Origin: Zootoca vivipara
Lineage: Eukaryota
NCBI RefSeq assembly: GCF_963506605.1
Contig: NC_083276.1
Span: 98,766,001-98,830,000 of the forward strand
Length of the DNA: 64,000 nt
Direction of reading: 5' to 3'
The notes beneath the pieces are model-generated. The model made no database searches, was not told the DNA's origin, and saw only the letters and a program-made list of their open reading frames with translations. Within the stretch, counting starts at the first letter, position 1; the number at the start of each line of letters is the position of its first letter. Made by a program: the position numbers and the translations under genes. Of the stretch, positions 12,579 to 26,394 are shown piece after piece.

Positions 12579-15500
12579 TTATTAGTAGTACAGTATTATT
12601 AGTATTAAATTTTGGCACTGGAGCCCTGAAGAAATGTATGTGCTCCATTTCCAGACTTTCCTTTTTCTTTTATGGACAATCTGTTCCCAAAACATATGAT
12701 AGAAGTTTTTGGGACTGTCAAAACAGTCCCTGACCCCCCCCCCAAAAAAAAAACCAAACCAAAAAGCCACCCTCTTTAGGCTAAAACACCAAAAAAGCTA
12801 CTGCCCCTTTTGGCCAAGTTAAATAATGTACCTAGTGGAATATTGTAGTAAAAGTACCAGTCAAATTGGACATAGATTTGTGGACATAGATTTTTGGATG
12901 GAAAATAACAATGCTGTTCAGCAACTTGACATTTCAGATGATTATTAATTTTATGTAAATACTGCAACATTCCTGTGATCATGCACACTTACAGCTCAGT
13001 GCTAAGATTTAGATTAATCTGTCAGTGAAACTGAAAAATGCCATGAGCCAAATCCTCTGTTAGTTCCATTAACTTCACAGCATTGATGCCAGTGTGCACC
13101 AGATGAAGTTCTGGCCTCTCCATTGATTCAGGTGCCCAGCCAAGCTGGTTGGAGTTGAACATTGGAATGATTTAATTCACAAGCAAGCTACAGGCCTGGA
13201 TGGAATTATAATGTGGTGGTTCTTAATTTGAAAACCCAAATATATAGAAAATATAATGCATTCTTTTTCTAAACCAATTGAATATTGAAAGAAAGCAGTT
13301 AAACATGAAGCAGGAGATCAAATCTTTTTATCCAGTACAACAACAGCAGGTGACATCACTGAAATCAGAAAAGAAGAATAGCAGCTAAAGTTAACACAAT
13401 GGAACAATTTAGTGCTGTATCTAAAAACAACAGCTTGCATGTTCATGTAGGGTTGTAGAAGAGCGAGTATCCTGTAGCTTTCCCTTCTGTGGACGAATAG
13501 CAATGTACCAGATTCATTGCATATTGGCTTTGAGGGGAGGAAATGCCAGTTCAAACTCAACCTATGAAACAGAGTTATGAATTTTGCAAAGCACTTCACA
13601 GTGCAATGTAGCTAAAATTTTCACTTTTGCTTGTCATCCATAAGCAATGCGTTATTGGCTAGTGTTCAAAAGCGTGGGTGAGTGCGTTGACAACAGAATG
13701 CTGACAAACGTCTGATGCTAAAATTTAAGATCAGCCTGGAGACAAGGTGACGAGGTAGGCAGTGACCTCAGAAGGATGTTTGAAAGGATGAAAAGGGAGG
13801 AAAGACTAGAGAGGAAGCAAGAAAGGAGGGGACAAAGGAAAGGGTTTTGGTGAAAACATCACACAAGGCCTAAATGTAGTACTATGTACTCTTGCCATGA
13901 AGGAGGGAAGGGAGAAAGAGGGGCTAACACCTGAGAAACTGAATGTGAGGCATATATCAGAGGCAGGTAGTTGAAGGAGAGGTAAATATGTGTGACAGCA
14001 CGAATGTGAAAGAAAGTGAAGCAGAAGAGTCCGTATGAGAAAGAATAAGCCAAGGCAAAGGAATGGAGCTGGGGAGGGGGGCTAGATATTTATCTTTTGG
14101 TAGACTGAGAATGATTCTATTCACCTTTTCAATTTATTTTTTATATTTGTATACTTCCATTCAGGCCAGAAAAGCCCTCCCAGGCAGCTAACATAGCATA
14201 ATAAAAAAATAACATAACATTAAAATAAAAATAAAAATACAACACAGATACATAAATTGTTAAGTAAAAGACAACAGGATAAAACAACACAAACCCAGAC
14301 CAGCAATCCTCAGAATCCACAGACCAATTCCAGACTGTCAGGAGGTTTTGCAAGAGGTTTTCAAGTGCATGCTGTACTAAGAATTTAGGTTTGCAAAATT
14401 AAAATGGAATAAAGCACCCTAAAAAAAGAAATGGACTCTTTGAAGTTAGCAAAGTGACAGGGAAATGTATTCAAATGGATGAGAAGAAAAAAATAACTAA
14501 TGGGGGGAAATGTATAAACACCCCATAAGCAAATTGTGATGAATGCAGGATGAATGTCCATTGTTTTATAACCTCTCTGCAAACAAATCAAAATGAATAC
14601 TCAATAAAGTCCAGATATAATCTTACCTCTGTATAAGTATTGTACAAGTAAATCAGGATAAGCATTCCATAAACATGTCAACTGGAAGAGCCCATAATAT
14701 AACATACTACCGGTAAGCAGTGGCAGTTTAAAAATCCAGCCCAACATCATTAATTTGAAGCAAGTTGGAAAGGTATTTAAGGACTAATTTAAAACAGGGA
14801 AGAAAACACTATATCCCAGGGGAGAGAGCTCTACAAAGTTAAGTATGCTTCCGATTGTTGGGAACTGTTATTGCAGTGAACACCTAAATGTAGATCTTCA
14901 ACTGGATAGACAACAGAGAAGTATCAAAAGCAAACGGCTACGTACTAGAAACATGGAAACGTGCAGTAAAAATAATAAAAATCCTTAAATACTCAACAAT
15001 AAACAATCCTGCTACCAGCGGGATTCCCTAGTGTCTCTATTGTCTCCCTAACTGTTCAGCTCTTCACTGACTTTTAGCCTTGTTCTTTTTGGTCAGCTAA
15101 AGCACACGGTGCAGAGAAAGAAAGCTCCTGTTGTCATCCGCTACAAGAGAAGTGCTATTCTAGGAAGATACGTCTATTGCTCCCAAGGGATAAAGGCAGC
15201 CTATTGAGTCCCTTTAAAAAAAAAAGGATTTGAAAAAGAAAAAAACCATATTCAAAGGAGTTTTTATAAGAAGAATCCCAGTAAAGCAAATTACATTTTT
15301 TTTAAAGGACTATAGATAACACATTGCATTATACATTAATTTCTTAGTGGCTAAGAATTTGGCCTTCAGACTGGATTGGCACTGGGGTATCAGCACTTGA
15401 GTAATAGTTGCCTCGTGTCAAGTGGTGTTAAAAAGATGGTGTCTCCCCACAGTGATGTCCCCATCTGGCAACGCCCAGCTGGACTCTAAATTCTCCAACC

Positions 15501-17120
15501 AATGTAAACAGGGAGGGGGGGCTCAACTGGTGAATCCCAACCCCCTCCCTGCGACTCCAAGAGTGGGAGCCACACACCAAAAGTGCTCCCAGGACAAGGA
15601 AGAAGCATGGGGTTGAAGAACGTGACTGGCAGTAGTTCAAAAGGGAAAGGAGAGAGGAGCATTTCAGCTGACTCATTTGAAAAAAAAAAAGATGAATCTG
15701 AAATCAAAGATCTGTGGGTATTAGTTCACATGGGTCTTCGTTTTCTTATTCAGTAGAGTCTTCCCAGCTCAGATCAAGGGCTTACTTTCCAAGGTTACAG
15801 GAGGAGCATTTGTTGCTCATGCCACATCCAGGTATGTATTTGGTTGAGAGATGAGTGGGAAGCAGATGCCTCCCCTGAGATAAAAATGGGCACATCATTT
15901 AAGATGGGCAAACTCTACTGAATAGGAAAATCAGAAACCATTAATACAGATTTAAGTGCTGCATGCGTTAATTAAGAAAAGCTAAAATATAGGGCACAAG
16001 AAAATTGACACCTACCAACTGGAATAGGCCCTCCTTGGGAATAGGTGGCTAACTTGGGAACACCCTTGTGCTTCAGCACTACATTCGCTGAATCATATCC
16101 TATTGTTTTATAATCCGATTGCTCTGACTATCATTAACTAGTCTGGCTACATATGAAGATTAATAAAGAGTTGGATGTGGATTGTGTCCGCCCCTCCCCC
16201 TGCCGCCCCAAATTGGGCAATATATTTCCTGCCTTGCCTGCCATCAATACCATGATATGCTGTGTCAGCTACAAAAATTCAAAGCTCCCACTGGTCTTGA
16301 GTAAAATCAGTCCATTTTCTGGTCTTGAGTAAAATCAGACCATATAAATATTATCTTTGAAATGTCTTCATTCTTTCTTCTCACTGGAAATTGCAGAACC
16401 CCGTATCTCTTTTACCTGACACATGAAACTTTTTGTGTTTATATCCTATGGTCTTTGACTTCCTGCCCCCTTCCTCTGCCCTCCAAACTCACCTCAACAC
16501 TTCATAATCCAATTTTATTACTAGCTACTCTTACATGAAATGATTATCTTGAGGACATGGATCAGAATTCCTCATTTTGTTCTTAGTTCTAAAAACAAGG
16601 GAATGTGAAGATATAGAGATTTAGTCTAATCTCAAGAGTGCTGAGGAGAAGCCTACACTCAAATAGCCCTCAGCCACAGAGAAAACAAGATTTTTTTTTT
16701 ATGGTGATGATTAAACATGTTTTATTAAAGCTTTCCCTGACATTTTTCATACTTTGCTTCTTTCACCTATCACTTTCTTTTTCATTTTCTCCCTTTCCAT
16801 TTTCCTTTGAGGTGTCCGTATTCCTCCTACTTTTGTTGCAAATGACATTTGGTATACTATTATTTTCTCTCTCCTTTTTACTTCTGCCCTCTGTAGCTAA
16901 TCTACTAGGTCAGAAAGGAAATACGGAACATATGCTTGGACGATATTGTTCATTATAAAGTGAGACATGAACAAAACACCTCTCTGTTCTTTCAATGCAC
17001 GTTTCTACAAAAAGTCTATACATCACGAAGAATCCACCTTTTATACCGTAGCTAAATGACACCATCAGAAATGTCACAGTTCAAAGTAAAACTAGGAACC
17101 CGCAATCCACTTTTACTTAC

Positions 17121-17240
17121 AGACATCTATCGACTCATCAGAATCATCAGGGCAATCAGGTTCTCCATCACAGAGCCAATTTTGAGATACACAGGTCTTG
17201 TGATCATGGCAAAGAAACTCGCCTACGTCACATAAATATT
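17121..17240 (-). CDS. LRP1B: Internal coding exon (exon 2-like) of LDL receptor-related protein 1B, encoding the first LDL-receptor class A repeat
   Basis: The minus strand reads ttttgtttacag|AATATTTATGTGAC...GATGTCT|gtaagt, with canonical acceptor and donor, 120 bp, phase 1-1. Translation is (x)[39 protein letters not shown](C), close to the human LRP1B first LDLa repeat as I recall it ([39 protein letters not shown]). Too short to appear in the ORF track. Confidence 0.93.
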
Positions 17241-19027
17241 CTGTAAACAAAACAAAAGTGAATAATGAAATGGTTTATGGATGATTGAAAATAAAAACAG
17301 GGCAAAAAAAAACCTAAAAAAACCCCCACAAATAAATTACAAGCTAATGAAATGAGGCTTTTAAGCAAATATGCAAAAAAGCATAAAACATAAAATGCAT
17401 TTGTTGTTCACTCTTTCACCCAATACATAAAACACTACAACTCCATTTAAAAGGTATATATCAGATACATTAGACAAATCCTCACAATGTATAGTTTATA
17501 TGCTGAAATTGTTATGCCGCATAATAATTCATTATGACGGTTTATTTACTATCACACACACTAAAAACACTGAGGGGAAAGGCCTTGTGTGCAACACCTG
17601 TGGGAACCATTTCCCCCTCAACTTTGTCCTGGCACTGGCTCCTCAGGTGAGTTTTGTGGTTGCCTAGCAACGGTTAAGACATACACTTTTCCCCAGAAGC
17701 TGCTAGTGGGGAAATTCAGTCGACAGAATCACTGGCTGTCAACTATGGGATGATAGATTCCTACCATTACCTGTAAGTATCTATTGGGGTTCTTCCCTGT
17801 GTTCACAGGTGTGGCGTTTCTCTGATGCCGGAGGCAGCATATAGCCATGACTAGTGGCCATTGATATACTAGGGCCTAGTCTACACCTGCAGCAGAACGA
17901 GGCGGCCTAAAGCTGAGGTGTAAAAACGGACTGCGCCAAGTCAGCTTACAGGTGGTGCATTCCACCCCTGTGTAGATATGCTGCTACTGATTAGCCAGCA
18001 GCACTCCACACAAATACAAACTTACTGGCCAATTGTGCTTTTGCTCATTCACTAGCAGTGAGCCTGCAAAAATATCCAACATCCATAGATAGCTCTCCCC
18101 CCGCTCACTCAAATTTATCAGTGGTTGCAGCCACTTCCTGTTTTCTATTCTACCTCACCTGCTGTAGGTAATAGGAATGTTCTATTACATTAAATAATCG
18201 GGGGGGGGGGGTTCAAAAACAAATGGCAAATTTTGCTACATTCTTTCTGCCTGATGTGTTAGTTCTTTGTTGGCAGGAAGTTTTTTTAAAAAACTAAATG
18301 GGGGAGTGTTTAAAGTAGCATTTACCTCCTTTCCAAGTCTGAGAGGGTTAAATCACGTATGTATTTTACAGCTCTTCCCCCACCCAGTCATCTTTATCCA
18401 AGATAATATATTTCTTTTTAGGAAGGCTTTTCCTGTCTTTGTTGTTGTTTGTTTGTTAAAAAAACATTGTCTCTTTGAAATATTTTTAGGGTGTGTATGT
18501 GTCTGGGATTGCTTATGTCTCTCGCTTTGTGCACATTGTGGATGTGGTGTTAAGTTGTTAGAACTGTTCTTAGTCTTTTGTATATTTTATATTGTCAGTC
18601 ACGATTGTAGTGGTTTGGGTTTCCATGAGACCGAGAAACAGGATAAAAATGCCAGTAAATAACTACATTTAAATTTAAAATTTAAAAATTCAAATCATGT
18701 GCCAACAGTTTCCCCCTAAACTTAATTACCTTTGTTACGCTTGTCTCATAATTATCTCATATCACAAAGTGATATGTTTAGTTTTTCGATAATAAATTGC
18801 TATTACGTGCTTGGGCACTACCTGCATGAATGATGCTCAACAAACTGGACCTAATGGGAAGTCTCTTTGCCACAGTATATGATTCAAATGGCTCCTTCAG
18901 ACAAGGTGTTTTTTGAGCATTCATCCTGCTTTGCTTGCACAGCAAAGTGAGATTATATCCATCCTTATTGTTATTTTTTCTGGTTCATCTGCAGGGTGGT
19001 TATGCAATTATGAGCATTCACCCAGTA

Positions 19028-19268
19028 CAGTGGTGCCTCGGGTTACAAACACTTCAGGTTACAAACACTTTGGGTTACAAACTCCGCTAACCCGGAAGTA
19101 GTACCTCGGGTTGAGAACTTTGCTCCAGGATGAGAACGGAAATCATGCATTGGCGGTGTGGCGGCAGCGGGAGGCCCCATTAGCGAAAGCACGCCTCAGG
19201 TTGAGAACAATTTCAGGTTAAGAACAGACCTCCAGAACAAATTAACTTCGTAACCCGAGGTACCACTG
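19028..19268. mobile_element. Tc1/mariner (Tigger/pogo-like) MITE
   Basis: TIR cagtggtgcctcgggttac / gtaacccgaggtaccactg, TA TSD, internal repeats of ggttacaaac/ggttgagaac. Confidence 0.9.
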
Positions 19269-20357
19269 TATTCATCCTGATTTGTGTGTGGGGTGTTTAT
19301 ACGTCTCCCCCCCCCTAGCCATTTGTTCATCCCACACTTTTCAATGCATTTCCCTGATACTTTCCAAACTGCAAAAAGCCTTATATTTATAGTGGCTTTG
19401 TTGCACTAGAACCCTTTAAATGCACACACCTAAAGTTCCAGTATGTGCCTGCATATCTCCCACAAAATAGGAACAAGTCTGGCGGCACCCTTAGCTTTAC
19501 AGTGATTATTTTGGAGCCTGGAGGAATTCATTGCTTTGTTAGATAAGTTAAACAGTAAAAGAGACTAACAAAACTTAAAAACCTAAACAATTTAATAAGC
19601 TGTTGTGAAATACGCTGGGATTAATTGTTGTCTCAGACAACAGATCTGTATAGAATTGGTGTAATCAGGGCAGAGAATGCCTCTGGTGTGCTTGCTAAAG
19701 CAGTCTCAAAGCTTTAAAGAAACTGTTTATTGTTCCACAGTGTTAGGGACAGTTACATATTATCCCTCTAGGAACTAACAGTAGGAGGGGTAGTTTGTTG
19801 TAAGCACCCTATTTATTTTATTTTGTATCCAAGTATACTATTTTCAAGGTCAGCTCCTGAAAACATTGGCGGTGGCACATTCAAATGAGTGAATTTCTTC
19901 CTTCAACGTAGATCAACCGTTTGTATTATTAAGAATACCTAGTGTGCTATTTTCTTGACTCAGTGGAAAAGCTAAGTAATGTTTTGCATGTAAGCACATA
20001 TAATAAAGCAACCTAGACTGCTGAGCAGCGGAGCGAATGTTGTTTTTAGCCATCTTGTCTTTGTAAAAGAATAAACTACTTGTTAATTAAACTGTGGGAT
20101 TATGGATCCCATGGAGGAGGTTTGGTTTAAAGTAGTTCAAAACTCCTGTTTTATTGTACCACTGTTTAAATGTACACCTGAAACCAAAACAGAGAGCAAT
20201 TGTAACCCCGGTTGTCATGTTTACTGAATAAAAATTGCTCAGCCTGCCTGGAGCCGACATAACGCTACATGCAAACTGCAGTGGTATGCTACATTACATC
20301 TGCAAAGGCCTTTAATAGTAGTATTTTACATCTTCCCAACATCCCTAAGAGGAAAAT

Positions 20358-20890
20358 AGGAAACTGCCATATACTGAGTCAAATGAATGGTCCATGTATC
20401 TCAGTACTGCCTACAAATGCTGGCAGTGGTTTAAGGCAGGGTTCTTTTCCACCTCTACCTGGAGCTGCCAGAAATCAGAGCCGGCCCAGCAATTAGACAG
20501 GGCAAGGATGCTGCTTCAGGCAGCAGAAGCCCCCCAGGTGGCATGTCCATGGATGCTCCACATGCGCTTCCGCCAGTACTGTAGTGAAGTGCCACCACTA
20601 TCGGCACCAATTTAGAGCAAGATTGCATCTATTGTGGGTGAGGTCTCACCCAGAATCAGCACAATCGTGCCCCAAATTGGCACTGGTGGTTGTGCTTGCT
20701 TCTCTACGAGCAGCAGATTAAGTCAGAACACGTGGCGGCGGCAGAGCAGGTGGTGGCAGCAGGAGCAGGTAGGTGGTGGTGGCAGCTGGGCAAGGTGGAA
20801 CTTTCCATTTAGCCTCAATTAGCAAAACAGGACATGCCTCCTCTGTCAGGAACTCAACCTTAGGGCCATTGTAGGCTAAGCTACAGCCCT
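20358..20890 (-). mobile_element. Old SINE fragment interrupted by a degenerate hAT-like insertion (about 20477-20845)
   Basis: Flanks resemble the 26395 and 41145 SINE family. The GC-richer insert starts cagagccggccc and ends cctctg. Confidence 0.45.
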
Positions 20891-21466
20891 TCTCCAACCA
20901 GCTTCAGGGGGAATTCAAAATGAAAACAAATAAGCAAGTCTTCTCTTTGTACAGTGTTAGTTTCAAAGGTCAGTTCTGTTCCTTCGCAGGGCTCATTGAT
21001 TTCTTTGAGCAGGTCTATACTATATGATCTTTTCAAATGACTATTTTTTTTAAAAAAAATGTAATAAATGCACAGTTGTGATTGATTTATTGTATTCAAT
21101 GGGACTGAGTCATACTTATTAAGGAAGGACTACTGTTGTGCATAACACTGAATGAATACAATTCTCTGCCTAGTTAGCACACCTGGATTGGAACTTGGAA
21201 GCTGTATGTGGAATGCAGTTATACAAGTGTCATGACCATTTACTGAATCATGCTTGTAACATCACTACCACCATTCTTCCCCCTCCCCATTATATTTTTT
21301 TGGGGGGAAGGGGAGTGACTTTCTGAACAAGTTTAGCATTTGAGCACTTCCCCTGGGTACCTTTGTATTTTCCAAAGTGAACTTAAAAAAAAATGTCTGG
21401 GGCTTACTCTCCAAACATAGCTGACATATCAAGTTAATGACACTCATATTCATACACACACATAGT

Positions 21467-21495
21467 ACTTGATCTTAGCCAAAATGCTGGGAAGC
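21467..21495 (-). pseudogene. U2 snRNA 5'-end fragment
   Basis: Minus strand gcttcccagcattttggctaagatcaagt versus U2 gcttctcggccttttggctaagatcaagt: 26/29, with an 18-nt perfect run. Confidence 0.75.
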
Positions 21496-21962
21496 CTTTT
21501 GACATCTCAGCCGAACAGAGATTATGCTCATGAAACTCTAATGTGATTGAATCCACTGGGCATGTTCTTCTATACTGCCTGTTGTACTGCAATACCCAAA
21601 AAGAGCTAAGTTTACAGTCAGTATTAAGAAAATTACGTGGCTGCTCAGAGGAAACTCATGCTAAATTCCTTCTTGCTGATAAAGATCCAGATATCATCAG
21701 ACTTGTTGCAAATTCTGTTTTATAGCAACAAGAACAAGACAGGATGTGGTGGAAGTGATGGCCTGAAAATGAGTACCAATTTTCATCTCCGGAATACAGA
21801 TTTTAGCTGAAGAAGTGTTATTTTTAATTCAGATAAGTTTATAGGGAATGTTTAGTTACATCTACTTCATTACGCGGATGCGGCTTATGTTGTTGTTGTT
21901 GTTGTTAACTTTGCTGTCTGGTCTTTGACCGCAATAAAGATTGATTGATTGACTGACTGACT
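21496..21962 (+). mobile_element. 5'-truncated non-LTR retrotransposon 3' end (RTE-X-like, family uncertain)
   Basis: Decayed C-terminal zinc-knuckle-like frame (ESTGHVLLYCLLY...LLADKDP). Ends ctggtctttgaccgcaataaa followed by a (GATT)n/(GACT)n tail. Confidence 0.6.
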
Positions 21963-23412
21963 CATATATAAAGTTACAAGCAAGAGGTTTCTTTTACTTG
22001 CAGAACAAAACTAGATGGACAATGCAAGGTATATATCCTACATCTTAGGGCCCAGTTAGACAACAACAACAACAACCAACAACAACCCCTATGCATGACA
22101 AAGCACAATCTTGTTCTGTCTTTTATTTTTTTGTTTGTTTTACATCAGTCTTGCAGCTTGATCCTATTTACTCTCAAGTGCAATTAATTAAATGGCACTT
22201 CATCCACATAAGTACACATAGGATTGCAGCATCACTAGCTGCATTTGATGTTGATGGAGTAATCCAAGTTTCAGATCTGGGGGAAAGACATTTAGTTCAA
22301 AAGTGTATCTTCCAACTTATTTTTCTAAGAATATTAGAACAAGGATAGCTGAAGGACACAGAAGTCTCTGAACTATTAAGGTAGAGGCCTTTCTTCTCTG
22401 CTACATTTTATTATGTTTGATACTTTTATCTTTTCTTTTTTAAAATAAAATACAGTTTTTCCTCCTTGACTTCAACTGCCAGTCAAAATACATCATAAGC
22501 AGACTAATGCCTGTAATAATGAACAAAAATGCATGACAGCAACCTATGAATAGCAACATAAATGTCTCAGTAAATGGAAGAACCAGCTGAGAAATATATG
22601 AAACCAGAGAACTGTCTTATCACCAATTTCAAGGATAATGAGAGGCACAGAAAAGGAGGAAAATATACCTTTGTTATGCAAGAAAGAAAGTCAAGGTGGA
22701 GGCAGAAATGCTTGCTGTCATTTCATCCAAAAAGTAGGGCTATATTTTTGTAATTGAGGTTATTGACTGTAGCATTTGTGGCATTCCGATAATTCAAAAT
22801 GACTGAAGTAAGTCCAAATTAGTGCAAAGAGTCTTTGGGAGTCATTTGTGTCCTACTTGCTGAAAGAAGAGTTTAGGCATTGAGACACACTGGGTAGGGG
22901 AGATCCGTGTGCCTTTCCATATTCCCAGGACCCAGTTTCACTTCTCATTTGTTCCCCTTTGCTACCGTAGTTCCACACTACTGTCATAACATCATGCTGT
23001 TATCTGTAGTACACATCACAACACTACCTGGTGCAGTTCTATTTCAGCCACACTCGCTGTCTGTCTAGCACCTGAAACTCCAGTCAAAGCAAAAAAAAAA
23101 AGTTGACTTCCCTGGGGAATGATGTCACACTAGTTGCAAGCTGCTTTATGGTTTGTAGACTTGTGCAGTATTTTGCCAGTCAAAATGCAACAAATATACA
23201 GTGTAAAATGGTACTCAAGTTGAAAGGTTTCCTCCAGATTATAAAAGAGACAGTTTGACCTGACTGCTGCCTTCTTGTTTTCAGAATATTATACACTCAT
23301 ACAATGAAGTGTGCCAAATAACTGCATGGCCTCAAATTTATAGCCATTTTCAGCAACACTGGAGTACTCAAAACAGTCCGCATTGGGTGGTACACTGATA
23401 GCAGGCTGTATA

Positions 23413-23767
23413 AAGGTAAAGGTATCCCTGACCATCAGGTCCAGTCGTGTCCGACTCTGGGGTTGCGTGCTCATCTCGCTCTATAGGCTGAGGGAGCCAT
23501 TTGTCCGCAGACAGCTTCTGGGTCATGTGGGCAGCATGAATAAGCCACTTCTGGTGAACCAGAGCAGCGCACGGAAAGGCTGTTTACTTTACCACTCGAG
23601 CGGTACCTATTTATCTACTTGCACTTTGACGTGCTTTTGAACTGCTAGGTGGCCAGGAGCTGGGACCGAGCAATGGGAGCTCACCCCATCATGGGGATTC
23701 GAACCGCCGACCTTCCAATTGGCAAGCCCTAGGCTCAGTGGTTTAGACCACAGCACCACCTGCATCC
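23413..23767 (-). mobile_element. Sauria SINE (Squam1), full length
   Basis: tRNA-like head with ggttcgaatcccc B-box, aagtagataaataggtacc core, (ACCTTT)n tail. TSD of about 14 bp, tagcaggctgtata / tagtaggctgtata. Confidence 0.9.
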
Positions 23768-24927
23768 TAGTAGGCTGTATATAGCAGGACAAACGTATGC
23801 TGCAGTAGAGTACTATAGCTGAGTGGTATAGAATGTGCTTTTGTCAGAGATGCCAACAAGAATTTCTAGCCCCAGTATGTGTATTGGGCCCTCCGACTCA
23901 CTCAAAAAAAGAGCACACAGATTTGCACACGTTTTGTGCCATATACAATTTTGTGTCCTCTTCTGCAGGTGGAGTAAAGGGTTCACACATATAACAAAAT
24001 GCTGGACAGATAGAATGAGAACTGGTGTAGATTTCCCCCCAATTCTATTTCCATCCCTGAAAATGCTTAAACTGCTGAATTGCTGCCTGCCATGCAGCTG
24101 TTTCAGGCATAAACACGCTGCTTTCTGCCAGTGCCAACCATAATACAAAGCCTAGGCTGTAACTCAGTAGCTACTTACCTAGGAGTAAGTCCCAATAAAG
24201 GCTGAAATTCAATGTTGCGCTATGATGTAAGTTCCATCATCTATGCAACCATTTCAGCTTGTCAAATGGAATAATCTCCTATCGCCTCCTCCCATGTGCT
24301 GCTGTTCTGAGAGCTCTCATGCCCCCTCCCCCAAGAGCCAGTTTGGGGGAGCAGAGGTGGTGCAGGGAGGATGAAACCTTTATAGTCTATTTAAGAATAG
24401 CAGTATTCTATATCGGCTGCATTCTCAAGTGAGGCATTTTTAGCATCACTTACAAAGTGCTCTAAGATTAGCTTCCTTCATATTGTTAAAGTGAATGCTG
24501 GCTGCAATCCTGCATACAGAAAGGCTGCTTAAGCTCTATTGATTTTGATAGAATTTAAGCAGCCTAAGTGTGCAGGACTACATCTGCCGCCTTTTCTTGA
24601 CACCTCCTGCTTTCTCGTCTTAGATCATCCGTCAGCGCTCTTTTCGATACCCAGCTAGATCGCTCCCAAAAAGTGGAAGTTCACAGACCGTTGTGAAACA
24701 GTAGGAAGCACATGGTTCCAAGTCACCTAACTTTGGGACAATGAAAATTCTGCTCTTCAACTCTCCCATCTTGTACTTCCACTACATGGCAAAAGGTTGC
24801 ACCTGGAGAAGTATGGGTAGAGTTCTGCTTCTGCAGTGAAGCATACTCAAAATGTGGTCCCTCAAAGATCTACTCCTGAGGATAATGACACTGGTCCACC
24901 CTGCGTGAAAAGAAGTGCTCTCCAACG

Positions 24928-24928
<1 letters not shown>

Positions 24929-24976
<48 letters not shown>

Positions 24977-25220
24977 TACTATTTATACCCCGCCCATCTG
25001 ATGGAGGTGGAGACGCTCATTCAGGTATACTGGACCGAGGCCATTTAGGGCTTTAAAGGTCAGCACCAACACTTTGAATTGTGCTCGGAAACCATAGCTG
25101 CCAAGTTATCCCTTTTTTACAGGGATTTTCCCTTATGATGAATAGGCTTCCTCATGAGAAAAGGGAAAACTTGGCAGCTATGTCAGAAACATACTGGGAA
25201 CCAATGTAGATCTTTCAAGA
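24929..25220 (-). mobile_element. L2-type LINE 3' fragment with an internal deletion and a nested MITE
   Basis: Aligns in pieces to the 36995-37497 copy; (TAA)n tail on the left. Confidence 0.8.
25093..25182. mobile_element. 90-bp hAT-type MITE inserted in an L2 fragment
   Basis: 24-bp TIR catagctgccaagtt(a/t)tccctttt. 8-bp TSD tcggaaac / tcagaaac. Confidence 0.88.
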
Positions 25221-26394
25221 TCTTATAATTAAGCTGATATGCACACATGTACAAGCCTAAACCTATGAAGCTTGGTGTGCAAATGTAAAAGCAACTTGTC
25301 TTTAATATACTCCAGAATGTTTCTCTTCATAAAGGGACTCATAACTTAAAATACATGCTTTAGAAACATAGACTTAGATGGACTCTGCTCAGGAAAACAA
25401 AAAAACCAGTGAACATTATCATCTTGCGATAAAATAATTTAGGATTGCCGTAGATTTTTTGAGGGACTGCAAAATTTACCTTTCTTTTATTATCCAATAG
25501 TTCATTTAGCCCTTCAAAATGTGGCAGTCGGAATATGCTTTGAATGCAGGTGGCAACCAGTGTCAGCTAGCTAGGAAACAGTTGCCCTTTGAAAACATAA
25601 ATTTTAACCCAAAATGAAGCTAAGGGGTAAAGGTTATTTGTCTTTGATCACATACTCTGTCTGAGGTCAAAGGTATTCTCTTGTGTTGTTAGTTGGTTGA
25701 ATATAAATTAAGAAGAGGAGGTCAATAGGCCTCTTAAAAGAACAAAAGAAAATATTATTAAGCAGTTCTTCAGAAGGTATTTCAGTTCATAAGCATGCAA
25801 ATGAGCCGAATTTGAATCGACAGTAAATTCTAAGTATAAAATAAATGAACTATTGCCATATTTTGATAGTTTGGAAATATTTCACTTCTAGAACGACACA
25901 TTCTTCCTCGTATTACTTCCTCTGTCTTTCATGTCAATGCCGAGAGTTACTTCCAACTCAAAAGTTCTATACTCTACATCTTTTCTAATGCTTCAGTCAC
26001 ACTTCCTTCAGACCCTCTAGGTAATTGGTGTGCTGTCTTCAAAGTGCTTCCAAACTCCATCTGCTCAGAGAGCTTGAGACCCCCAAAATCAAATTTTCCA
26101 TATGCTAGCACTTTGTAAAGTAAACAAAACATAAATAGCATGGAAGGTTGTCTGTTCATCATAGTCTGGAATGTGCATATTAAGCTCTCTTTGGGGACTT
26201 TAAAGAACATTATTATCATTCCACTCAGCCAGAGGTAGCAGCATAGGTTGCCTGGGTAATTAAGACAATTGCCAATACCTCCCCACATGTTGGGCTTCCA
26301 TTCCACCTATTCTCAGACTTCGTAACAGTTTATAGTCCACAGTATGCAAATGGGAAAGGGGGAGTCAAAAGCAACCATATGAGTTGACATACCG

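Noticed and set aside
16291-16343. 28-bp-period tandem duplication ctggtcttgagtaaaatcag
   Set aside because: Only two copies; an ordinary slippage duplication, not an array or CRISPR.
17871-17983. Possible Harbinger-like MITE (gtctacac...gtgtagat)
   Set aside because: Termini too degenerate to support confidently.
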